A stretch of DNA of 34,499 bases from Fibrobacterales bacterium (GTDB lineage Bacteria > Fibrobacterota > Fibrobacteria > Fibrobacterales > JAOPTW01). The notes under the pieces are model-generated. The model was not told the origin of the DNA, searched no databases, and was given only the letters and a program-made list of their open reading frames with translations. A program made the translations under genes and the position numbers. The DNA is taken from positions 19,708 through 54,206 of the forward strand of contig JAOPTW010000003.1 of assembly GCA_051532035.1 (NCBI GenBank), given 5' to 3'. Shown here piece after piece: positions 17,851 to 25,972 of this stretch; the first letter of the stretch is position 1; each line of letters begins with the position of its first letter.

Positions 17851-18951
17851 TTACTTAAATTGTACCTTGCCCCAAATAGGGTAGTGATCCGTTGGCCAGC
17901 CTCCATCTATCTGTTCATGGTATATATCAGCTTCAAGTGTAACGTACTCTCCACCGCCAACAAGGACAAAATCAATTTTTGCTCCTTCGAATCCACCACC
18001 AAAGCCGTGAAAACCTTTAACATCATTTCTGTTGGGCCAAATATCTCGGAAGGTATCGGTCATTGTAACGTCTCCTTGTTGAGTGAGGTATTTGATCGAT
18101 GCATCATATTCATCAACGTTCAAGTCACCGGTTACAATAAAGGGGACATCTTGTTGAGTGCGTTGTGCAATACGAGCATCAAGTAATGTTGCACTATTCA
18201 TCCATGATGACCCTACATACGACCAGTGGTTGTTATAAACGTACACCTGTCGTTGAGTCTCGTTGTGCTCAAAGAGGGCCCACACGCAGGTTCTAAACCA
18301 ATGTTGCCCCCATACAAGGGCTTGGTTGTTTGGATCATCAGGGGTGTTTGTGTAATGAAATTCGCCCGTTTCAATGACCGATACCACTGCATCATTATAG
18401 ATGATGCCAGTACCTTTGGCGGAGGCGAGTTTATACCCGGTTAGAGCAATAAGATCGTCAACTTGGTATCCACTGGGCTCTTGCAGTCCAATGATATCGG
18501 GAGTGTATAGTGTAATTACTTTTTGACAGCGCCCTTTTCTTGAGTTCCAATCATTGGGGTAGCCATCGTTAGCATCACCCGTCCGCACATTAAATGACAT
18601 AATAGTGAGCTCAAATGGGGGAGGTGTCAGGTCTTCTGAACTTGAGCTCGGTTCGCTTGAACTCGAATTTGGCTCTGCGGAACTCGATTCCATTATAATA
18701 CTGCTGCTGCTTGATTCACTACTCGACTCAACGTCAGATGAACTTTCAGGTAGTTCTGTGGTTGCTGATGAGAGCGAACTACTGATTGACTCTGGCTCAC
18801 TTGAGTATGCTGATTCTTGTTCAGTTTCAGAAGAAGATTCTGCAGTTGACTCGTCTGATGAAATGTCAGTGTTATTTGGTTTCACGGGATCTGTTCCAAG
18901 GCATCCTGCAATAAATACTACGGAAAGGAGTGCGGTCATTTGTTTTTTCAT
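17851..18951 (-). CDS. Endonuclease/exonuclease/phosphatase (EEP) family lipoprotein with long Ser/Glu-rich linker
   Basis: Lipobox IAGC, then MSFNVR, DIIGLQE, NNHW, VTGDLN, KIDFVLV and PTDHYPI. Confidence 0.9.
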   Translation of the reverse strand: MKKQMTALLSVVFIAGCLGTDPVKPNNTDISSDESTAESSSETEQESAYSSEPESISSSLSSATTELPESSSDVESSSESSSSSIIMESSSAEPNSSSSEPSSSSEDLTPPPFELTIMSFNVRTGDANDGYPNDWNSRKGRCQKVITLYTPDIIGLQEPSGYQVDDLIALTGYKLASAKGTGIIYNDAVVSVIETGEFHYTNTPDDPNNQALVWGQHWFRTCVWALFEHNETQRQVYVYNNHWSYVGSSWMNSATLLDARIAQRTQQDVPFIVTGDLNVDEYDASIKYLTQQGDVTMTDTFRDIWPNRNDVKGFHGFGGGFEGAKIDFVLVGGGEYVTLEADIYHEQIDGGWPTDHYPIWGKVQFK

Positions 18952-19306
18952 AGGGGTACCCTCGTGTTTGTGGATAACGATCCATAAACGGGTTGTGTCT
19001 TACGTATCCTATAGGGAGTTCTTAGTAACTACTCAGGTTTACATTTAATAGGGGTAGGACAATAGTTTGTTGTGTGTCCTACTAATCTATATATTTAATG
19101 GTGCAGTGTGTGGGCTTACTCACTCCTATATTCTTACTCTAGGTACTAAATCGGGAATGGTTGTTTTTTATAGATACTATAAATGTGAATGTGTATGTAA
19201 TAATGTTGGCGCAAATAACTAAAATAACCTTGTAAATGAGTACGCTTATTTAGCCCCAAAATCCCTACTGAATGCAATGGGTATGCCGTTTCATATTTTT
19301 TACGGG

Positions 19307-19343
19307 CACATCACTATCTCGTTGAGAATGTAATAGTGATGTG
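19307..19343. repeat. 11-bp perfect inverted repeat in intergenic DNA
   Basis: CACATCACTAT-N15-ATAGTGATGTG. Confidence 0.7.
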
Positions 19344-19514
19344 AATGTATGACAATGACAATCACTCTTTGGTGATGCAGGCTCTGTATAAACGGCAGAA
19401 GCTATAGAATATGCTTTTCTTTAGAATTATTTGATATAGAATATATAAGGTGCCTAAAGAGTAAGAAGTTCTTACTGAGGCTCTTTGAGAGATATTTTGA
19501 CGCTACTTAAAAGT

Positions 19515-19544
19515 AAAAAAGCGGGAATAGATGTCTCATTCCCG
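19515..19544 (-). terminator. Probable intrinsic terminator of the small Lys-rich gene
   Basis: CGGGAAT-N9-ATTCCCG stem followed on the minus strand by CTTTTTT, about 27 bp after the stop. Confidence 0.65.
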
Positions 19545-19570
19545 ATAAGTCACAAAGTGCAATGTTGAAT

Positions 19571-19681
19571 TTATGCGTTTTTCTTTTTGTCTTTTTTCTC
19601 TTGTTTTTCTTTTCTCTTTTCTTTCAATGTTTTGGTCGCTTCTTTTTTGTCACTTTTTTGAACGTCTTTACCTTTAGCCAT
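19571..19681 (-). CDS. 36-aa Lys-rich small protein (MAKGKDVQKSDKKEATKTLKEKRKEKQEKKDKKKNA)
   Basis: AAAGGA RBS 7 nt before ATG 19681, its own terminator, and 15 Lys + 1 Arg. The 64-aa version in the ORF track is over-extended. Confidence 0.75.
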   Translation of the reverse strand: MAKGKDVQKSDKKEATKTLKEKRKEKQEKKDKKKNA

Positions 19682-19788
19682 GGTATATTCCTTTGAGATA
19701 ATTGAACCTATATGAGTATAGAAAGTATTAGTTCTCGCGTGTAGAAATATGTGGAATAACCGCAATAAAGATGAAAATAGGCGTTGTT

Positions 19789-19817
19789 TTCACTATTTGG
19801 CCATAAAGTGGTATAAT
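19789..19817 (+). promoter_or_regulatory. Putative sigma70 promoter (TTCACT-N17-TATAAT, extended -10)
   Basis: TGGTATAAT at 19809-19817, with TTCACT 17 bp upstream of the TATAAT. Confidence 0.55.
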
Positions 19818-19849
19818 AAAGAGGTAAGTATTTGGTAAAGGAGGACACT

Positions 19850-20074
19850 ATGTCACGCAAATACTCGCAATTCAAAACATCCTGTGAAATCTTTAAAGAT
19901 GCAATCACAGAACAACGAATCCCCATGCCCGCTCAGAAAACATTGGAAAAGTGTGATCACGATATTGATACACTTCTTTCTCTTTCAAAGGACTCATATA
20001 TGAAGTATCCCGAAAAGTATGAATCAAAACGCGTTGATATTGAACAATTGTATTGGAATTGGGATAAAAATTGA
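19850..20074 (+). CDS. 74-aa hypothetical protein
   Basis: Strong AAGGAGG RBS at 19838-19844 before ATG 19850 and an upstream TATAAT. No family recognised. Confidence 0.75.
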   Translation: MSRKYSQFKTSCEIFKDAITEQRIPMPAQKTLEKCDHDIDTLLSLSKDSYMKYPEKYESKRVDIEQLYWNWDKN

Positions 20075-20224
20075 GGAGCGTTCTCTAGGTGTTCAAATAC
20101 TTCTTTTTGATGATGTAAAAAATCTGTTAATTGAGATATTTGTTGAAGAGTATTTGGGGGCTGGGTAGAGAGGCAGGGCAAGGAAAAAAGATTAAAATAC
20201 CTAATAAGTGTTCCAAAAGCGTTC

Positions 20225-20270
20225 TAGTATGTAAGCGCTTTTCGGTAGTATGTAAAAAGATTCGTTACAT
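20225..20270. promoter_or_regulatory. Operator cluster: TAGTATGTAA direct repeat, LacI/cre-like TGTAAGCGCTTT and ATGTAA-N9-TTACAT
   Basis: TAGTATGTAA at 20225 and 20246. ATGTAAAAAGATTCGTTACAT at 20250-20270, 144 bp upstream of the VWA gene. Confidence 0.5.
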
Positions 20271-20413
20271 ATAGGTATTGTAATATAAAGGGTAAAGGGC
20301 GGGTTGTTAAAAAGGTATAGTTAGTGTACTTGTGGGTTGTTTGCTTTGAATTGGTGAGCGATATTGAATTTGATGCCTCAGTGATACTTATATTGAACTT
20401 ATCTTAGATTGGA

Positions 20414-23400
20414 ATGATTATGAATAAAAATTGGTTATATCGATGGCATCTGTCCATTATGTTAATTATACTATCGTTTGTTGTTGGATTTAGTTATACC
20501 ATTGAAACGAATGCTCTTACTGACGGATCTAGCTTTGTTGTTGGTGGTACAGTGGTGCCCCTCATAGATTCAAATAGCACAGGGTCATTTCTGCTGAGAG
20601 CAAGACCAAGTGCTGGTTATGGTTTTCACCGCTGGAAATCAAATAAACCTTCTTCTACTACCATTGATAATGACTCTTCAGAAACTACTACAGTGATGAT
20701 TACAGATTCAAATGTTGTACTGACTGCGCAATTTCTGACTCTATGTACGTTGACTGTAAATGCTGTGCCGGGAGGGAGCGTTGATCCGTCAAGTACTGTT
20801 GAGGTGTTGCTTGGGGTTCCGGTTTCGATAAATGCTTATCCAGATACACAAAAAATATTTGTAAGTTGGTCATCTCCGACCTATTATGCACAAATATTAG
20901 ATCCTTATAATCCGGAGACGACTGTAATACCTGATTTCTATGGTTCGAGTTGTAATACTACTGTAGAGCCAGCATATGGTGACGGTTACTCATTGACGGT
21001 GATTGATGCTGTTAAAGGTGTAATGGTTGACTCTATAGGGGCGATTCAAACAAGTTGGGTTTCAAAATCTATATCTAATCCTGTTCCTTATACTAACCTA
21101 CAGTGGTTTCGTTGGTCAATAATGAGTGGCACAATGGATATTCTTGATACAAGTATATACGGTGTAGATGTGTCGCTTACAAGTGATGCTGTTATAAGTT
21201 TTGACTATAGATACAAAGAGATGTACAAAGTGACTCGATTTGATTCAACCTATATTTTCCGTGATCATGGGATGGGGCTCGATACAAATAGTTCTGATGG
21301 AGTACATTTTTATGTGACCGGTACGGGAAGCCCTATGAGGGTGGTATTACATGAGTTGGCTGGAACGGTTTCTCCGGGGAAACGATTAGATTTTTATGGA
21401 ACCGATGGAACATATGACACACTTGTTAATTCTGCAGTAGATAGTGCCGGTGTTTTAATAATGAATCTAGAGGCAGATAGCTTGGGGGTACGATACTATT
21501 TTAAAGTAGCTCCCGATAACCGATACAATCTTGATAATGGATTCACTATTCATTATCAAGAAGGGGCGGCTCTTGAAATTATTTCACTGTATGGAACAGT
21601 ACAACCACTTCATGACCGGGTGCTCTACACAGGTTATGATCAACAACTAGAAGCACAGCCTTTTGCTGGTTTTGATTTTGAAAAATGGGAAATTGTCGAT
21701 GCTGCTGCCCATATTACTGGAGGAACACTCACTGATGCTTCGATCACCGTGAGGCCTGATAGTAATTTTGTAATAATGAAAGCACATTATAAGCTCAATG
21801 CAGCAACAAAACCCACTTTAATTCTTGAAAAACCGGATATTAGTGATCATCCTCGAATATGTATTGAAGCACAAGTTCAGGATACCGCTTTAGGTGCTTA
21901 TTTACCAGGGCTTGATTCGTCAAATTTCGATGTATGGCAACGTCATCGTGATGGTGGAGAAATAGTGAATGATTCTAGTGTGATTTTTCCTATATCGGTA
22001 ACAAGTCAACTGGTGGGGCTTAATGTAGTATTGGTGATTGATGAAAGTGGGTCTATGAGAAGCGTGGGGACCTCTACCACAGAACCACGAATCGAAATAG
22101 CACGACAGGCAGTCATTGACTTTGCCGAGGGAATGCGGCCTGGAGATAAAACAGGATTAGTTGGATTTGATTCGTATTACCCCCCACTGAATGGAAATAC
22201 CTTTGCCTATTCAAATATGACGGCAAATAAAGATTCGGTAATAAGTGCGGCGCGTAACTTAAGGGCTAAGGGAGGGAACCCCCTTATTGATGGAACATTT
22301 AAGGGACTAGAAATCATCAAAAATGAACAGGGCCCCAAAATTGTATTGGTATTGGGGGATGGTGATTTCGGAGGGTTTGACTATGGCTCAGTTGGCAATT
22401 CTCGTAATGGGCACTCCTTCAATGAGGTGATTGATACCACTCAAAAATATGATATTCGGGTTTTTGCAATTGGTTTAGATTTATTTCTTTTAAAAAATTA
22501 TAGTCCTGGTCCTTTCGTGGACTCTATGAAGATTGCATTGGGAGACTCTATGAAAGTCTTGACAGATTCATTAGGGGGTGGGGTTTTTGACAATATTACC
22601 AGTGCAAATTTATCAAATATGTTTAATCAAATACGAGCTGATGTTAAGGCACAATACGAGATATGCTATATGTCTCCCGATACCACTTTTAATGGCGATA
22701 CCAATGACGTAGCCATTGCAATTGATTTTTTTGGTAAGAATCATAGTGATAGTACGTGGTGGGATGAATCTAATACGCCACCAGTAGTCGCTTTAACCGA
22801 TGAAACTCAGTCGCTTATAGGAGTAAATAATCCGTCAGGAACGCCCCTCACTTTGTCGGCAACAATCACTGACGATGGTGGTCTCGAATATGTATCCCTC
22901 TATTATAGAGCAACAGGTACAGTAGATTTTACACAATTGAATATGTACAAAACACAGGGGGATACTTTTACTGTGACGCTCCCTAATACACTGAGCGTCT
23001 TTCCTGGAATCGATTTTTATATCATCGCACAGGACAGCAACCAGTTACAAGGTAAATCACCAAAAATCCAATATCCTTGGAGTCAGCCATATCATATTAG
23101 TATCGCAAATGATCCCCCTTCTGTTCAGTTTGATAATGCCTTTTGCTATGAGAACTCGAACTCTGACGTCTCTCTTACAGGAAAAGTTTGGGATGACGAA
23201 GGGGTAAACGAAGTTGATTTTTATTACAAATATGCTTTTAATCCATTTTATACTATGGAGGTATTTTATCCAAATTCTGATTCATTGTTTTTACTTGAAG
23301 CTCCTCTTAATGGGTATGTGTCACTTTCATATTACATTGAAGTGATTGATAGTTTAGGTGGTAAAATAAGGGTACCCAATAAAGGAGATTATTCTGTAAA

Positions 23401-25438
23401 TGAGTGTGCTCCATTGAGTGTTCCCCAGGCGCAGTTGTTACCTGATGTGGGTGGCTTGGTCATCAGCTTTAACGATTCGGCATATGTGCAGTTTACTGTT
23501 GCCGAAGATGTCTTGGTTGACAGTATTAAAATCTATTATGAGACAGACTCGTTAACAGAGGTAACCAATAAATCACGATTTATATACAGTGGTGATTCTC
23601 TTCTTTTGAAGAGCGATACGCATTTTACAATGAGGGCTGTGGTCATGAATGGGGGGTATAGTCAAAGTCCACTTGGATATGCATCTTTTTGGCTTGATAA
23701 AACATTGAATACGCCCTATTTAGAACTATTGGATAGTGTGGGAGTTATGGATTCTCTTTTTACTGATTCAATTCGTTTTATTGTACGATCGTCTGATAGC
23801 CTTGTTCCTGGTTTGAAAATTTTCTTTACAGAGGTGGATGAAGCATTTGATGAGAGTGAAAACTGGTGGCGTGTTAATGATACGATTACAATCAATGAAT
23901 CACATAATTGGTTATTCTATGGATCATCGCCAAATACTCTTAATAGTGATACTGCCCAGGCTCATTGGATAAAAGATGACCTCTTTTTTGTCACTGCTGT
24001 TGACCCAGCACTCTCTTTTGTCTCAAGTAGGATAGATAGTCTTGCGTCAAAAGATACAATGCACTTTACAGCCTATGCTACATTGAGAGGTTCTTATCAA
24101 GGTACCTCGTATAACAAAATAGATAGTGTCCGAGTCTTGCTCACGAATGATCAAAATGATTCACTCCTCGTGTGGCTTTTTGAAACCGAGGTTAATAGTT
24201 CAATTTATGAGGCAGTGGTGCCTCTCCACTTAACAACGATGGACCCTGTAACAACTGATGATCAGTTGACTGGGCGACTCCTTCCTACTGTACTGGGTAA
24301 TATAACTATGGTGACTGCAGCGTATGTTTCGGATTTAACTATTGATGCTACAATGGTATTAGAAACAGATTTTGTGCCCCTCAACAGTGCCGTTATGATA
24401 GATCGAGATCGCAATGGATATGGCGATGGATTGGTACTCTATTTTGAGGGACCGGTTAAAAGGTTGCCGGCGCAAATGATAGAGTTTTATTGGGATCGTG
24501 TACTTCCAGAGCATCGCTATAGTACATCTGAAGGCCAAGTGACCTACAGGCAAGAGAATGGGGTGATTGACTCTACTGTTTTGTTTATAGATCTCAGCAG
24601 TGTTCAGAATGAAATAATAGGGACTGGAAATATATCTGGTGAGGCTCCTTATGTTATGTTGCCTTCTACATTAGACTTAGGGGGTGTACAAGGCGCCATA
24701 GGCGATAAGGTGTCACCTATAGTAAGTTCAATAGCTAAAATTCCAGGAGCACCTGACGACAGAGATATATTGACTGGAATGAATTTTAATCCAGAGCGAT
24801 TTCATTTTACCTTTACTGAGCCAATTGTCTCTGATTCCTTAGTAACGCTCTCAGAGTGGAGTACCACTTTCCTTCTTGATAGAGGGTGCACTGGTGTTGG
24901 AGATATTCAAAGTTTTTCTGACCTTGTACAGGTGGATAGTCTTGGCATGGAGTGGGAAGTTGTAATTACTGAAAATCCTCCAGTTGTTGGTGACTGTTTT
25001 GTGATTAATCTTGATACCAATGCTATTACTGATTCGCAAGGTAATGGGATCGCTATTATTGAATTGAGTATTACCGGGACGAATCGAGGTAAGCCGACAA
25101 GTATTGGTGTGATGGATGATGTTACGAAAAGTATTGATCCGCTTTTGTTGCCAGAAAATATTGATCCAATTCATTCAACTATTTTGGCGATTCATTCAGA
25201 TATGGCATTTACTGCGGATGTAAATATTTTTGATATGTTCGGAAGTTTTGTGGCAAATGTCAAATACAATGGTGTAGGCGAGTATTTTGAAGTAGGCCAA
25301 TCCCAGTATATTGTCTGGAATAAGCGAGACAGGGGTGGTAGAAAAGTGGGGTCGGGAGTTTATATCTGGGATGTTCATCTTACCTATAATGACGGGAGCC
25401 AGGGTGCCTACATTGTTAAGTCTGCTGTTTTGAGGTAG
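20414..25438 (+). CDS. Large secreted VWA-domain adhesin-like protein with InlB-B-like repeats, Ig/Fn3-like stalk and FlgD-Ig/T9SS-B-like C-terminus
   Basis: Signal peptide, A.P.AGY.F..W repeats, VVLVIDESGSM MIDAS start, and C-terminal IFDMFGSFV...WNKRDRGGRKVGSGVYIW. Confidence 0.8.
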   Translation: MIMNKNWLYRWHLSIMLIILSFVVGFSYTIETNALTDGSSFVVGGTVVPLIDSNSTGSFLLRARPSAGYGFHRWKSNKPSSTTIDNDSSETTTVMITDSNVVLTAQFLTLCTLTVNAVPGGSVDPSSTVEVLLGVPVSINAYPDTQKIFVSWSSPTYYAQILDPYNPETTVIPDFYGSSCNTTVEPAYGDGYSLTVIDAVKGVMVDSIGAIQTSWVSKSISNPVPYTNLQWFRWSIMSGTMDILDTSIYGVDVSLTSDAVISFDYRYKEMYKVTRFDSTYIFRDHGMGLDTNSSDGVHFYVTGTGSPMRVVLHELAGTVSPGKRLDFYGTDGTYDTLVNSAVDSAGVLIMNLEADSLGVRYYFKVAPDNRYNLDNGFTIHYQEGAALEIISLYGTVQPLHDRVLYTGYDQQLEAQPFAGFDFEKWEIVDAAAHITGGTLTDASITVRPDSNFVIMKAHYKLNAATKPTLILEKPDISDHPRICIEAQVQDTALGAYLPGLDSSNFDVWQRHRDGGEIVNDSSVIFPISVTSQLVGLNVVLVIDESGSMRSVGTSTTEPRIEIARQAVIDFAEGMRPGDKTGLVGFDSYYPPLNGNTFAYSNMTANKDSVISAARNLRAKGGNPLIDGTFKGLEIIKNEQGPKIVLVLGDGDFGGFDYGSVGNSRNGHSFNEVIDTTQKYDIRVFAIGLDLFLLKNYSPGPFVDSMKIALGDSMKVLTDSLGGGVFDNITSANLSNMFNQIRADVKAQYEICYMSPDTTFNGDTNDVAIAIDFFGKNHSDSTWWDESNTPPVVALTDETQSLIGVNNPSGTPLTLSATITDDGGLEYVSLYYRATGTVDFTQLNMYKTQGDTFTVTLPNTLSVFPGIDFYIIAQDSNQLQGKSPKIQYPWSQPYHISIANDPPSVQFDNAFCYENSNSDVSLTGKVWDDEGVNEVDFYYKYAFNPFYTMEVFYPNSDSLFLLEAPLNGYVSLSYYIEVIDSLGGKIRVPNKGDYSVNECAPLSVPQAQLLPDVGGLVISFNDSAYVQFTVAEDVLVDSIKIYYETDSLTEVTNKSRFIYSGDSLLLKSDTHFTMRAVVMNGGYSQSPLGYASFWLDKTLNTPYLELLDSVGVMDSLFTDSIRFIVRSSDSLVPGLKIFFTEVDEAFDESENWWRVNDTITINESHNWLFYGSSPNTLNSDTAQAHWIKDDLFFVTAVDPALSFVSSRIDSLASKDTMHFTAYATLRGSYQGTSYNKIDSVRVLLTNDQNDSLLVWLFETEVNSSIYEAVVPLHLTTMDPVTTDDQLTGRLLPTVLGNITMVTAAYVSDLTIDATMVLETDFVPLNSAVMIDRDRNGYGDGLVLYFEGPVKRLPAQMIEFYWDRVLPEHRYSTSEGQVTYRQENGVIDSTVLFIDLSSVQNEIIGTGNISGEAPYVMLPSTLDLGGVQGAIGDKVSPIVSSIAKIPGAPDDRDILTGMNFNPERFHFTFTEPIVSDSLVTLSEWSTTFLLDRGCTGVGDIQSFSDLVQVDSLGMEWEVVITENPPVVGDCFVINLDTNAITDSQGNGIAIIELSITGTNRGKPTSIGVMDDVTKSIDPLLLPENIDPIHSTILAIHSDMAFTADVNIFDMFGSFVANVKYNGVGEYFEVGQSQYIVWNKRDRGGRKVGSGVYIWDVHLTYNDGSQGAYIVKSAVLR

Positions 25439-25532
25439 GCTTAATCGTGGTATGTCTTGGTGGAGTCGAATTTCAAGTAAGCGCGAATCGTAAAGTTATG
25501 TAAAATATCGTTTCCCCTCTGTCTGTTGGTTT

Positions 25533-25553
25533 ATGTTGTAATTACATTAACAT
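25533..25553. promoter_or_regulatory. Operator-like ATGTTG-N9-TAACAT (one mismatch to the recurring motif)
   Basis: ATGTTGTAATTACATTAACAT also contains the inner palindrome TGTAATTACA. It lies about 420 bp upstream of the M6 gene. Confidence 0.35.
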
Positions 25554-25972
25554 GCGGAGAAGTATTTAATTATTATTTTTTACTTCTAGAGTAGTGAGTT
25601 GAAGCGGGGGCTTAACTTGCATGTACATAACTCAAAGGGCACTTATGACACGCATACATTATTTATACAATACCATCACTATTTTATCTTGTTCAGCAAC
25701 GTCTGAATGTTCAAGGGCCTATCCTTTACTTAATCTCAATAGAAACTATTAATAACGGCTACTATAGTATACAACCCGTGTGAAGAGTATGTGTTGGGGA
25801 ACACACTCATCAGTTTTGGTAATACTATTGAATCTATGTATGTCTTATACAACTCCATCTTGAAGAGGTGATAGTCTTTATAAAAAATCTGGGAAAGTAA
25901 TGTCTGGGGGGAATAAATAATTCACATTGATAGATATCAAAATGGATAACGGGCACTCACAAAGGAGAAGTA

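Noticed and set aside
18969..18977. TGTGGATAA DnaA box suggesting a replication origin
   Set aside because: Only one consensus box, with no box cluster, unwinding element or origin-linked genes such as dnaA, gidA or parAB.
18605..19048. 147-aa plus-strand ORF
   Set aside because: An antisense reading of the Ser-rich linker of the EEP gene, giving an artefactual Leu/Glu-rich translation.
19708..20181. Minus-strand ORFs 19708-19926 and 19957-20181
   Set aside because: They overlap the better supported 19850-20074 gene and its promoter, and have no RBS.
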